Positions 41,613 to 55,395 of a stretch of 64,000 bases of DNA are shown here, piece after piece. The stretch spans positions 110,174,001-110,238,000 of the forward strand of contig NC_042997.1 of assembly GCF_006345805.1 (NCBI RefSeq). The letters run 5' to 3'. The position numbers were made by a program, and so were the translations under genes. Source of the stretch: Octopus sinensis (lineage: Eukaryota). Each line of letters begins with the position of its first letter. Position 1 is the first letter of the stretch. The notes under the pieces are model-generated. The model worked only from the letters and a program-made list of their open reading frames with translations. It ran no database searches and was not told where the DNA came from.

Positions 41613-43231
41613 GTAGAGTAAATTCTTATATTTTTTCTACTCTTGGCACAAGGGCCGAAATTTAATCATTTAATGTATATCAAAGGGATTCCATTCGTGT
41701 TTGATATTTAGTGAGCGCCACAACCTCATCATTGACCCTATGTTGTTTTTCGCTAATTAAATCGTTTTTTTTAATAGTCCTTTTTTTTCACATGACACAA
41801 GGAATGCTGTTGTAAATCAAAATCGTCTCAATCAATTTCCAATTTATCTCTGATTCTCATTAACAGATTATCTCTTTGAATTCAGAATGTCTCAATTTTA
41901 ATATTGAAGAAACAATTTTGCTGAAAATTAGTTTGCTTTTTCGATTTGTTTATTTCATTTCCATATTCGTTGTACTTCGTCATTCTTCAGATTATCTTTT
42001 TAATACAACTTTAAAATGGATTTAACTGTTTTAGATCGTTAAAATGTGTTTAAGAAATCTTGCAGTTTTAGACTGTTATAAATATTGTAGATTGTGTTAT
42101 TGATGTAACACTTTAACTTCTCACCGTCGATGTTCAAGTGGAAATGTTCAGTGTGACGTCAAACGCCATATAAAACAATCATACATTCAATCAATCTATA
42201 AACAATAATCAATCAATAATCAATCAAATTGAATTCTCAGTTTAATTAAGAACAATAATCATTATTTTCATATCATCGCTGATTTGTCGCCTAATTCCTG
42301 GCACTATTCTTAATTGACCAAAACTAATCAAATAAGAAATTAATAATTTGTTCGTACTATACTTGTACTAATTGTATCTATTTTGTACTCATTCAATCTA
42401 ATTTGTACTGAACGTTTGGTACATTCTAGAATGTTTTAGAAATGTTCTAAATATTTCTATAATTGTCTTTTTCTCCTCCACTGCTGAGAAGTCTGAAACT
42501 GAATAATTTTCAAAATATTTTAAATGAAAAATTTGAAAATAAAACATCATAAAATGTAAAATTGTTAATATACTTCATGACTGTATCACACCTCGTTTGT
42601 TTTGTGTCGAAGAATATGTAATTATTTTACTCGGTGGAGGTCAGTCTAGCGCGTGAAGATCATATGCAAATGAGGAGAATGCTTTTTTTTTTCTCAAAAT
42701 ATCCATCAAATAAGAAACGTACTTCAGTAGATTTTGAATGCAACATATTAATAATTCTAATTATGCACAAGGATGGGAAGACCTCTTGTGTAATATATAC
42801 AAGCTGACATACATACACACATGTACACACAGACATACAAACAAACATAGACACAGGCACTGACACACACGCCCCCACACACAATACATACACATATGTC
42901 AAGGTGCTAATGAAACAAATGGTGATGAATAATCTACTTGGGTACATACCATTCTTAATACCCTCAAATATAATTCATGTTTCCCTTTAAATTTGGGGAT
43001 AAAGACTAGCTAAACACGTGACACGTTCTGAATGTGGATAACTACACAAAACTCTTGCTAAAGATCAAATCATCCGATTGGTTGTTCATCGCTGAGTAAA
43101 GGAGAGAATCGTCTCTCCAAGAGTGAAAAATAATTTTTATGTTTTGGTTATTGAAGTGAAAGGAATAGAATATATTTAATTTGATTAAATTTTTCTTCTT
43201 TCAATTTGTCTCTTAGTTATAGTCTTTAATG

Positions 43232-43279
43232 TTCGTATACAGTTCCTGTTTCCATCTCGTTGGATCTCATCAGTACGAA
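43232..43279 (-). ncRNA. Solitary type I hammerhead ribozyme motif
   Basis: Reverse complement: TTCGTA CTGATGA GATC caacga GATG GAAAC AG gaa CT GTA TACGAA. 6-bp stem I, 4-bp stem III, GUA triplet; the only defect is a G-G mismatch at 10.1-11.1. Confidence 0.75.
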
Positions 43280-43436
43280 GTGCTCAGGGATCTCGGATGT
43301 GTTAAACTTTACATGACTTTGAATTAAATTATTAATTTAAGAGAAGTAGGTGGCGAAGGTATAGCATGAAAACGTTTTGTATGGAGCAGGTTATTATCGC
43401 CCATAATTCTTTAGTAGAGTAAGAGAGGGATAATAT

Positions 43437-43491
<55 letters not shown>

Positions 43492-43549
43492 TATATATAC
43501 ATATATATATGTATAGAGAGGTATATGTATGTATATATATATATCTATA

Positions 43550-43617
<68 letters not shown>

Positions 43618-43759
43618 ATATATATATATGTATATAGGGAGGGAAAGCGAGAGAGAGAAAGAAAGAAACAAAGAGAGGAGAGAAAGAGACAGATAGAAAG
43701 TGAGACAGAGAGAAGTGAGAGTGGAGAGAGAATATTATTGCTTCCACATTCCAAAACTG

Positions 43760-46300
43760 TATGATTCGTACAGCATAACGGGTACGTTAATGAAGCAATC
43801 CAAAAAGCAGGAATCCCCGGAATCCCTGGGTGCATAGAACACGCATTTTCCATCTGGGAAGCCATCACCTGTGCAAAACAAATGAAGAACAACCTGTATA
43901 TTGTTTGGCTAGATCTTGCCAATGCTTATGGATCTGTTCCGCACACAATAATAAAAACAGCGATGGACTTCTTTTGGATTCCAAAAGATGTTCAACGAAT
44001 GCTCATGTCGTACTACGACAACCTGATGATGAGATTTACAGCAGGAAAGTTCACAACGGAGTGGCAACGGCTTGAAATAGGTATTGCAGCCGGATGCACG
44101 ATATCAGTCATGTTATTCGTGCTAGTCATGGAAATGCTACTCAGATCTACAAACTGTGAGAAAGCTGTTACAAAGACACCATTAAGGGCTTTTATGGACG
44201 ACGTAACTATATTATCGGAAAGTAGAGAAGCAGCAGAGGGAATGTAAGAGCGGTTGGACGAACTGATAGGAGGGGCAAGGATGAAATTCAAAGCCAAAAA
44301 ATCTCGAAGCGTGGCTTTCGTGAAAGGAAGGCAAGAAGAAGTGAAATTCAGGATAGGAAGTGAAGACATACCATTAAAGAGTCTCGGCAGATGGTATAGA
44401 GATTTATTAAATGATAAGAAGCAAGGGAAAGAAACACACGAGCTAGTAGAACAAGGATTAAAGGCAATTGACAGAACAACGCTGCCGGGGGAATTCAAAT
44501 GTTGGATACTGCAATTTGGGCTGTACCCAAGAATAATGTGGCTATTGCAAATGTACGAAATAGCCTCGAGTAGAGTAGAAAGGATGGAGCAAAGATACAG
44601 TGTGTTTATCAGAAAATGGCTTGGTCTGACGAAACCACTGAATACAACTGCACTATATGGAAAACCCGTGCTGCAACTACTAATAATTTCAATCGCCGAA
44701 GAATATAAGGCAGGAAAGGCAAGGACAGTAATGATGCTAAGGTATTCAAAAGATCAGAGTATCCGGGAAAACCCTCCAAAGGTACGAACAGGGATGAAAT
44801 GGAAGGCGGAAGAGGCAGTAATCAGGGCAATCGGAAAACTAAGGCGCGCAAATATAGTCGGAGCGACGCAAGAAGCTAGAACCTGCCTAGGGTCGCAAAA
44901 TTTCAGGCCATTTTGCAAGAGCAGTGTAAAAGATGAAAGAGATGAAAGACGCAGTGGTATACGAAGTGAGAAAGGAGAAATGCACATTTGGTGCAATGCA
45001 GTCAAAAGGGACAGTGCCGGAGATGGGAGGAATATGTGATCAACCGCAGAATAGCATGGAAGGAACTTTGGGCTTAGGACAAGCAAGAACATCCTTCCTG
45101 ATCAAGTCTACCTTCGACGATCTACCCTCACCGGCGAACTTAGTCCGGTGGAACATAAAAACAACCGATGAGTGTAGATGCGGAGAGAAAGCGACGGTTA
45201 GACATGTTCTGTCAGGTTGCAGACTAGCACTTGAAAGATATACATGGCGGCATAATCAAGTCCTCGGCGTCATAAGCGCAGCACTCAATGAGAAGATCGA
45301 GAGGTACAATAGGGGAGAGTACCCAAAAGTAGAAAATCGCAGGAAAGTATACTTCCACAAGGAGGGAAAAGGTTATAAAACCAGGCCTACAAGTAAAGTA
45401 TACGAAATCGACGAAAGATGGAAAGGATACTGGGAGGTGGCCACGGACTTGGAAAGACAAGTAATATTTCCACTAATAAAAACAACAAAAAGACAGGATT
45501 TAGTTCTATGGAACAGAGACCGGAGAATGGGAATTTTATTAGAACTAACAGTACCTTGGGAAAAGAACATCGGCAATGCAGAGGAACGAAAGGAGAAGAG
45601 GTATGAAAAGCTAATCGAAGAATGCAGAGAACAGGGATGGAATGTCGAATATTATCACCTGGCAGTGGGGGCTAGAGGCTTCATTGAAAGGAAAATGACA
45701 ACGCTTTTCAAAATAAGATTTGTTTTTTTCTAGCCTCGAGCTGCGTAAACTAATAAGGAGAGTACAGGAGGCTGTCGAAAAAGCCAGCTTCTATATATGG
45801 CTGAAGCGGGAAGACCGAAAATGGCTTGAAAGTCATAAACATGCCGACGGGAAATAACATCATTAGGTGAGACAAGCTGACTGAATCAGCTTCGCTGACT
45901 GACGGGTGACGGTCGTTTAGAAAAAAGTGCGGGCTAAAACTACGCACCTTCACTAGTCAGTTAAGGTGAGACAGTGTCACGCGACAACTTGCTGGGGCTG
46001 TCTACTGGAGCTTGGCGGCAGGTATTTAAAGGGAAAAATTTGACAATTCAGTCAGTCACCGGCTGATACTCGCTGACGATACATCGAAGAGGCCAGGGAA
46101 CAGAAGAAAGAAGAAAGAAGACACGCACCCAACACCAGAGCTGAAGACACCTCCGAAAGGGGGGAGGCCGCAACGTCAAAACGGTAGAGGAGTAGGGGCC
46201 GAAACCGGACGTGGTTCCTCCTGATGATGTCTTGAGCTAACTGGATCCTATAAAGGAGCTGTTGTGGTAGCAGGCCACGAAACACGGTTGTAATTCCCCT
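43760..46300 (+). mobile_element. 5'-truncated HERO-like (RLE-type) LINE: RT, zinc finger, restriction-like endonuclease and 3' UTR
   Basis: IQKAGIPGIPGCIEH; WLDLANAYGSVPH; GIAAGCTISV; FMDDVT; CRCGEKATVRHVLSGC..RYTWRHNQVL; DLVLW..LELTVPWE..ERKEKRY; ends IWLKREDRKW, stop near 45858. Contains stops and frameshifts. Confidence 0.88.
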
Positions 46301-46959
46301 AGTAAAACAGTAAAATCTAAGAAATTTAATGTTGTCCTGCCTTTTCAAACAGTAAAATGGCGAAAATATACTTTATATTGATAGGAATAATATTCTAAAG
46401 TTTTGAACGTTGGTCTCTTTTCAGAAAGAGAGAAAATATATAAAAATGCTGTCGCTTAGATCCATCCACCATCCCACCAATAATGCAATTGAGGAAATAC
46501 AAAACGCTCTTGTAGTGCAGCCGTGGGCCCACAGTGATCAATCAATCTCGTAGTATCAATTTTCGCTTAGAACATCCATTACTAGATTAGTACTAAATCT
46601 GATAGCAGTTTAGATTGTCTTTCCGTCATTGAGGGAAAACTGGATTCAGCTAAAATATGGAATTAAATCAGTTTCAAAAAATGATTCTTAACATTCCTTG
46701 TTTGAAAACTGAAAGAGTGAAAAAGAGGGAAATAAACAGAAAAAATTACATTCAGTCGTGCTCCATTATTCTATTAACTCTAAACAAAGGGAGTTAATTT
46801 ATTAGCTGCGTGTAAGGGGAGTTAACTAGAATTACTACTAATTATTTCAAATATGAATTTTACACGAAATGAAAACAAATGTTATTTTGTTATTCTTAGG
46901 TTAGCAGTTTCTGACCAGCAGCTTTTGACAGCCTCTCTTCACTTTCTTCTGCCGCCTTG

Positions 46960-48960
46960 TTTTCGTTTTAGGTAGAGGTTGATGTGAACATTATTTGTAT
47001 TAGTATTTTCCGGGTTTTCACATCAATGGTTCCGATCTCATCAAGCGTCCAATCAGGCAGCCCAAATATAGGTATGAGTACTGGTACATAGCAAACATCG
47101 TGAGCCACTGTTTTATTGAATGCAGAGAGTTGCGAGCTCCAGATTTTCATTGTCCGACTGGAATATTCTTTAGTGCCTTGACAAGTGCCTTGTTACAAGT
47201 GCCACCATAAGATAAGTTTGCATCTATCCATAGGTACCTGTATCATTCCTAATCAGATATAAGGGAAACAGTTAAGTCATTGATGGAGAGATTGTTAATT
47301 TGATATACTGTTTTCCCTCTTTTCACATCTATATAGCAGCGTTTATCCAGATCAACCTCCAAACCTGTATCCTTTGAGAATCTTGTTATCAGATCAAAAC
47401 TCTTCTTCATCTTATGCATACTCTTGGGATATAGTTTCAAGTTATCCACAAGGTAGCAGTGTGTAAATTTGGTATTTCTGTCTCCTTGTGAATCAGCGTG
47501 ACACCCATTAGACTTCCTCAACATAAATGACAAGAGGTTTTTTGAAAGTATGAACAGTACCACAAGGAGTCTGTCTCCTTATAATACACCTTTGCGATAC
47601 TGTATTCTATCAGTGATGATATAATCACGCCATGTATTTAACTTCAAGGTGGTGAACCACGATGAAATTAGATCATTCATGGCCTTAACTATGCTCTCTG
47701 GAACTTTAGCAAGTCGAAGGGCATCTGGCATTCATTAGTGGGGAACAGAGTCAAAGGCTATCTTGTAGTCTAGCCACATTGAAGCCAGATTCCTTCTATG
47801 ATCCCGCATCTCTGACATTACAGTTTTGCTTATCAGTAATTTTTCGGCACATCCCCAGACTCTCTTTTTCTCAGCTGCTTGTTCTGCTGTGATGATGTTA
47901 TTGGTTTCACAATGGTCTTAGAGGAAGAGGTTTAAACATGCTGCATATATTTATACATTAAGTTCTGGCATGCAGTTGGGCGGCAGTTTTTTCAACGTTG
48001 GTAATTCTGCTTTCGGGACTCAGTTTTGTATTTGCCAGAGCTATCCAGTGTGGTATGCTGCTATTCTTGTTGAGAACTTGCTGGTACAGGTTGATAAGAT
48101 AAGGTCGATCAAAGGTTAGCGTCTTTTACCAGTACCTAACAATTAGTCTTTGTCAAGCGCATTTCCACCCTGAAGTTTCTGTATTACTGTCACAAGTGAA
48201 CCACCATCAATGCTATATGTCTTGGGTGCAATGAAGGAACAATAACTACTTTCGACTTTTTCCAGCCACAGAGCTTCTCGGTTAAACTTCTCTTCGCTCC
48301 AGATTTTCCTCCAGAGGGAGTCTATGACTTCTTGTGAAGGAGATTCTATGATGTTCAGTGCTTCTCCTCTCCTGTCTCTGTACAATGCTGCTTTGTCACG
48401 GTTGAATTTTCTTTTTTTTGTTTGTTTTCTTTCAGTTATTCTTGTTTCGTGCCGGAGTTTCTCACTGACAGAATTTAGCTCTGTTTGAACGTGATCCGTT
48501 TGCAAGTGAATGTTCTCTTTTTGCTATTTCCAAACATCACTTCTATCTCCTTCTTCACTTTTTATTGGTGAAACGTTTGTAAGCATTAAACATCGGTATG
48601 ATGTTCTTCCGTAAATCATAACGATCTTTTATGATGGTCTTCTGTAAATCAGCGATCTTTTTCTCTGTCATCAAAACCAATGATGGCGCTTTTTTTCGTT
48701 GCTTCTGTTTTGTTTACTTTTCGAGTGTCGTTCACGTACTGGTTTACTGTAGTAGACAGTGCATATAGACAGGCGTTAATCTATCATTGCTGTAAATACC
48801 TCTCTGCAATTTCATTAATAGCATTTAATATTGTGTTTGTTGATTTTTTGCTTACGGTGATAGAAAATACTCTCTCGAAGAGAGTACTTCAAAGTCAAAG
48901 TTATTTTTTTCTTCAAAAATTCTTATCAAGGGCATATTTCACTGACATATCACTCTGATA
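46960..48960 (-). pseudogene. Decayed R4/Dong-like LINE RT fragment
   Basis: PSQEVIDSLWRKIWSEEKFNREALW; WLDYKIAFDSVPH; HCYLVDNLKLY; heavily frameshifted. Confidence 0.75.
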
Positions 48961-49034
48961 GCTACTACAGTGATCGAAGTGGTTGTGCCTGCTATTTACC
49001 ATAGTCAGACTAGTACAAGACGATAACATTCTTA

Positions 49035-49252
49035 TTTCTTTATTGCCCACAAGGGGATAAACATAGAGGGGACAAACAAAGGTATTGAGTCGATTACATC
49101 GACCCCAGTGCGTAACTGGTACTTAATTTATCGACCTCGAAAGGGTGAAAGGCAAAGTCAACCTCGGCGGAATTTGAACTCAGAACGTAACGGCAGACGA
49201 AATACCGCTAAGCATTTCGGCCGGTGTGCTAACGATTCGGCCAGCTCATTGC
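49035..49252 (-). mobile_element. SINE family A monomer with Tx1-like tail
   Basis: Reverse complement ends tttgtcccctctatgtttatccccttgtgggcaataaagaaataag. Confidence 0.85.
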
Positions 49253-50476
49253 CTTTAGACGATAACATTGTACCGACTGTAGTCGTAGTAGAGGGACAGT
49301 GGTCAGTTGCTTTAACCTGCAATGTACTGGCGGGGAGTATGGCATCTGTTGGAATGCCGCTAACTATAAAACCAAGTGGTATTCTAACATCGTCCACACT
49401 TTTGTTTATTCTGTTTATTCGTTTTGGAAGGAATTGAATTTCAGATCCTGTTTTGAATAAAGTTACATTCGCTGACTTTCTTCCTATGTTCCACAAATGT
49501 TGCTTGTTGGTGTAATCGCTTCGCAGTAAAATAATTTAGTTCTGGGCGCAGATCGTCCCAGTATGTTTTCAATTTGTTCCTAGATCCAACAGCGTCGTTT
49601 TGTTCCGCTCTTTTATAACAGTTAACTCAATCATTATTCAGTTCGTAACTCCAAGAAAAATGTGTTTTATAGTTACGGTTTTTTTCTATAACTACAGCTA
49701 GAAGGAATCTATTTCCCTGCTGCGCTGTTGTTTTCCTTCTGTTCTTCAATTGTGTTGATGTTGATGTGATCAGCCATGTTGTTTGTAGTAACTCTCTGTA
49801 TGTTAAAGTCAAGTTTCAGCCGAGAATCGATACGACCGTAAATAAAAGGCTACCTCAGCTAATTAATTTGAAGATTAACCAGTTATTTAACGGGGCCAAT
49901 TGTTGTGACTTCAAAGCTGAAGATAGTATTCATCGTATCTCGATAAAGTCTCCTATTCCAAATACACGAATGTATATATGTAGGTATGTATGTATGTAAC
50001 TTGTCTAAATGATCGTTGAAGCCTGTTGCCACAACGAACGATGAAATGTGCTTCATGTATCAAGCAAATTATTGAACTACCCACTCATACTTTTCATATA
50101 TTCTCATTCGGAAAATAACAAAACCATCTTTGAAATGTTTTTCTTATTTTCTTCCACAGACCATTCTTTCTCTGTAGAGTTTCTCATTGCAACATGCCTT
50201 AATGTTATTATCTCAGAACATTTCTCCAAGATATTATCAGACTTATGTTAGAAATAAACAAAATGCAAAACAAGAAATGTAAGACGATGTAACAAACATC
50301 ATTAAAAAAAACCCCGAAATAAACATGGAGAAGAAGGAATCGAAATTAATTTAAGTGTTCTTGTATGGAAATAAGTTGAAGAATATCAGAGGAAAGGCAA
50401 AAAAAATTATTTGAAACATTGAGTGAATTATATCGGATAAATGTTCTTGAACAGAATGGAAAAACAAAGAAAAAGC

Positions 50477-50522
<46 letters not shown>

Positions 50523-51014
50523 TAGTAGTAGTAGTAGTAGTAGTAGCAGTAGTAGTAGTAGTAGTAGCAGTAGTAGTAGTAGTAGCAGCAGCAATAGAGT
50601 ACAATAAGAACAAAGACGTAAACAACAAAATAATGTCAACGCTATTGAAGTGTTTTATTGAGAGGTAACTGAAGCTATGTGATTTCATCCGAATTACCGA
50701 GTGTGTTTTAGATTTGAATTTACCTTTGGGCACCTTACATTTAAAGGTTAAAAACTAATAAAAGAAACCAAGAAAATTCACGCAAATCAAATTAAAGACA
50801 AACGACATAGGAGTAAATAAAATAAAGCTGCAGAAAACAGGATCAGATATGAAAGTTTTAATAATTAGTGGCTTGAGGTGAAGGGATTTGAAAGAAATCT
50901 TTTTGTTTTGATGCAACAACGGTTTCTTTGAAAATATGTCACTTGTTGCTGAAGTCATTAGATGAGATATAGGGAGTGAGTAATTGAATGAGTGAGTGAG
51001 TGAATGAAAAAGAG

Positions 51015-51054
<40 letters not shown>

Positions 51055-51200
51055 CAGATAACAGAAAGAGTAGAAGAGAAATAGTGGGAGAGAAAGTTGC
51101 CTGAAATAGTCGTGTATAAAGAAAGTAAAAAGTAATATTGACAGATAGATAGACAGAAGGATAACTGGCTAGCTAGCTAAATAGATAGACAGATAAAGTG

Positions 51201-51231
<31 letters not shown>

Positions 51232-52361
51232 AAAAGAGAGAGAGAGAAAGAGTGAGAGATGGATAAACTAAGTTTAAGAGAGAAAGAGGAAGAAAAATAC
51301 TTAATGTTTTAACTTGTGTAATCTTAATGCATAAAATAAATATTGTTTATTCCAAAGTTGCCATCTGTAGAGCTCTCAATGTCCTCATCCATCTGCGAGT
51401 GCTTCTTTATTCCACCTTTACAACGAGGAAGCAAGTTAGAGAATAAAAGCAAAAAGATAAATTATAGAGATGTATGCATAACTATATGCGAATGTGTATA
51501 TGTACATAAATATAGATGTATATATGTACGCTTATTTTTTTTTAATGTATTGAATGTTTTCCCTGAAGAGGGCGTTATTTTCTGAGAAACAATGTTCCAT
51601 TATTGGAATTTAGATGACAACAAAAGTAAAAAATTACATCTTGAATTTTAGACAAGGTTTGCATATTTTCCCTGTTGTGCTTCCATATTCTATTTTTAGC
51701 GTAAACGTTAGCTCGCTTCTTCTTTGCTTGTAAACATCATCATTTCTAGACTTTCTACTTAAAAAAAAAAAAAATTTTTACCAAATTCCAGTGATTATAG
51801 AGACAACTATAAATATAAATTTTGAATAAAAAAAGATGTTGGTTTTGGAAAATATAACCAAAAATATTCTTTTTCTAGTTAAATATTAATGAAATGGTCG
51901 CATCTGATGGGCATCCGACCTCGATAACGGCACAGGATTTTATGCTTTTATTCCTTCTCAAACAAATATGCTATCATTCATGTTGGATTTACATGTAGCG
52001 GAAATTCTGATAAAATTATTGCTCTATTATTGCTACTGATGGAATGTGCGCATGGGGTTCACGTGAGGATTATTTCGCTAAGGGCAGATTTTCTTCCGGA
52101 TGTCATTGTATATTATTTCAACAATACTGCCATGACACATAAGGGAGGTAACAATTTAATGGCATCTATGGACAACTGGGAATAAGCTGAATGATGTCTT
52201 ACCAAATATTTAACCGAATTAACGTTTTTCATTCATTTAAATTCTGTTACTGTACACTCGTGTTTCACAATTATCTTTTATCTATGGACCCCTTCCATTC
52301 CTATTTTATTTCGATGGACACTCATAACAATTCAATCTTTAAAGAATCCTATAGTATACTA

Positions 52362-52540
52362 TTGTGTCTGAGGAGAGTCATTTTCCTTTTGTGCCTTATT
52401 ATGTAACACACTCACCGGTAAAATCTCCATTTATTTCTTATTTTTATTTTCCTAAAATTTTCGTTGCGTTTTGTAACCGTTTACCGGTGAGTGTGTTACA
52501 TAATAAGGCACAAAAAGAAAATGACTCTCCCCAGACACAA
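52362..52540. repeat. Short inverted repeat, about 60-bp arms around a 59-nt loop
   Basis: ttgtgtctgaggagagtcattttccttttgtgccttattatgtaacacactcaccggtaaa pairs with 52480-52540 with about 2 mismatches. Confidence 0.9.
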
Positions 52541-53115
52541 CAGAATATGCTTCAACACAAAAACTCATATAAAGAATCTTGAAAACCAAATCCCCAAACG
52601 AAATAATCCTATAGTATTTTCATAATTAAATATAATTAGGAATTGTATTAAAAGAATGTTAAAATATTTTGATTAATTTACAAGTAAAATCAATTTATTG
52701 CAAATAAATTTTAATAATAAAATCTTACAAGGATCTCCAAGGGACTTGTGAACCCTGGTGGAGAACGATTGCTGTAAACAGAATAATTATCTCATCCTTG
52801 TTGAAACGGAATACATTTCGCACATTGGTAATGTTATATTCAATAACATGTTACAATCACAGACTCACAGATTTAGCAGTTATCCTTGACATTGATTCTT
52901 GATGCCAATTCCAAGTATATTTTCCATCGACCCTGGCCCGCTCCGTCCACTGTCTCTTGTAATGCAACCAAGGCCAGAATCTGTTGGACGCGCGAAATTA
53001 AGCAGTCATTTTTGTTCAGAACTTGAGTCACCCGAAGAAGATTTTTTTCTAATATTTGAAAGAGGACATCGACCTACAAAAGTTCAAACATAACAGGAAG
53101 AGTGTAAAGTGCAAA

Positions 53116-53191
<76 letters not shown>

Positions 53192-53621
53192 GAGAATGAA
53201 AGAGAATTCTAGAGAAAAAGATAATGAAAAGGTTTTTATACACACACACGTGAAGACAATAAACAGCAATAAATTACAGATGTCTTTCACATTAATAAAA
53301 TATACAAACGGAAAACTGCAAGTTTTAATATTTTGTCTCACAGTGTTTTATAAGACAAACCTTTTAAGACGTTCTCTGAGGCGAAATATGACATCTAACG
53401 TATTTATGTTCAACGCTTGTATGCATACGTACATACGTTCATACATTAGAAACCGGTTCTTTCTCTTTTGGTAAGAAATTTTGAAATAAACTGAATAATG
53501 CCATATATACATACGTGTATATATAATATATATATATATATATGTATATATATAATATATATATTATATATATATATATAATATATATATATATATTATA
53601 TATATATATTATAATATATAT

Positions 53622-53659
<38 letters not shown>

Positions 53660-53661
53660 GA

Positions 53662-53728
<67 letters not shown>

Positions 53729-53973
53729 ATATATATATTATATATATATATAATGTATATATATATATATATGATAGATCGGTAGCCACTACACTCATTT
53801 TTTTCTCTCCTTGTTTCTCTGCTTGTTTCTTTCTGTGTTCCTTTCTGTGGAAGAGCGTAGGCTCGAAACGTAAAAGACTTTTCCACTTCCTGGGCATTAT
53901 ACTAATACATCTGTTTGCTGTCTACACCACCTTCTTCGTCTTCGTCTTTTGTTTTTTTTTTCGTGAATTCTCC

Positions 53974-54069
<96 letters not shown>

Positions 54070-54226
54070 TTGCAACCACGCACACATACGAAGCAGATTA
54101 ATCATTCATTTTGCAGGTTTACGCTTCTAGAATAAAGGTTATTCCTTGTTTTAATAAGAAAACACAGATAAAGATTTCATACTCATACGAACACGGACAA
54201 TAATCATGAAAGTCTGTACGCGCATT

Positions 54227-54258
<32 letters not shown>

Positions 54259-54326
54259 ATATATATAAATGTGTGTGTATGTATGTATGTATGTATGTAT
54301 GTATGTATGTATATATATATATATAT

Positions 54327-54430
<104 letters not shown>

Positions 54431-54839
54431 TGCATACATACATATGCGCATAATTCTTTTGAATTTATTCCCTGATTAAATAACAAGAAAATTGTGTGTG
54501 TTGCAAATTATATTGAATCATTGAGTCATGGTGAAAAAATATTAGAGTTGGAATGATTGATTAGGTGCTGGATATTTTGTAGGAAACGGAGGAGGTTATT
54601 ATGTGGAATAATAAACAACATGGAAATAAGGATGGCATCGAGGTTGAAATGAGAAATGTTTTTGTTGTAATTGAGGCTGTTTTGAAATGGAAATATTACT
54701 GTTAAAAAGGCATACTGGAATTATCTGGTATTGTCTCATTCTTAGGCGATGGTATCCAAACTATTAGTTCAATATCTTACGTAACAATGATAGCATGAGA
54801 CCGTATATCCTGGATTAAAATCGATTTTTAGAATGATGT

Positions 54840-55260
54840 AAGTATGGCTGTGTAGTTAAGCGGTTCGTTTTGCAAACGTGTAGCTTCGGATTCAGATACA
54901 CTCTGTGCTAGCATCGGCTAGTGTCTTCTGCTACAGTCACGAGCCAATCAATGCCGTGTTATTGAATTTTCCAAAAGGAAACGATGAGGAAACTCGTCAC
55001 ACGCACACACACATGTATATATATATATGTATGTGTATGTGCATGAGTGTGTGTGTATGTGTTTGTTGCCTCACCGTTTGAAAATCGGTGTTAGTTTGTT
55101 TTTGTCCCCGTAACCAAGCGCCTCGGTAAAAGCGACCAGTGATACGAGACTCAAAGCATATATTAAGTTCTGGGTTCGATTTGTTCCTCTAAACTCTGTA
55201 AAGGCAATGCTCCAGCATGACCACCGTCGAATGACTGAAACAAGTAACAAAAGAAAATAA
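54840..55260 (+). mobile_element. SINE family B, diverged
   Basis: Head gtatggctgtgtagttaag, (TA/TG)n linker, and 3' arm to gactgaaacaagtaac. Confidence 0.75.
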
Positions 55261-55395
55261 AAGTAAAGAACAAGAAAAAGTTGAATTAATTGTATTAAAC
55301 AGAATGTTCGTTTAATTCCTGTCGTAACATCTACGAGTTAGTTTGGCCCGGAAGCTATACAACGGAAACATACCTTTAATATTAATTCACCACCA

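Larger units (their letters stand above)
34902..42670 (-). mobile_element. Decayed long-TIR DNA transposon, Academ-like, with nested insertions
   Basis: About 450-bp inverted repeats at 34902-35355 and 42221-42670. Minus-strand remnants resemble Academ/XPG-like motifs: VLAASTRNDRSRFL (about 39.7 kb), LSHHPP (about 37.0 kb), TVIHISR*KSYQNILAMNTDITV and FH*SG (35.5-35.8 kb). The TIRs are certain; the family call is inference. Confidence 0.55.
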
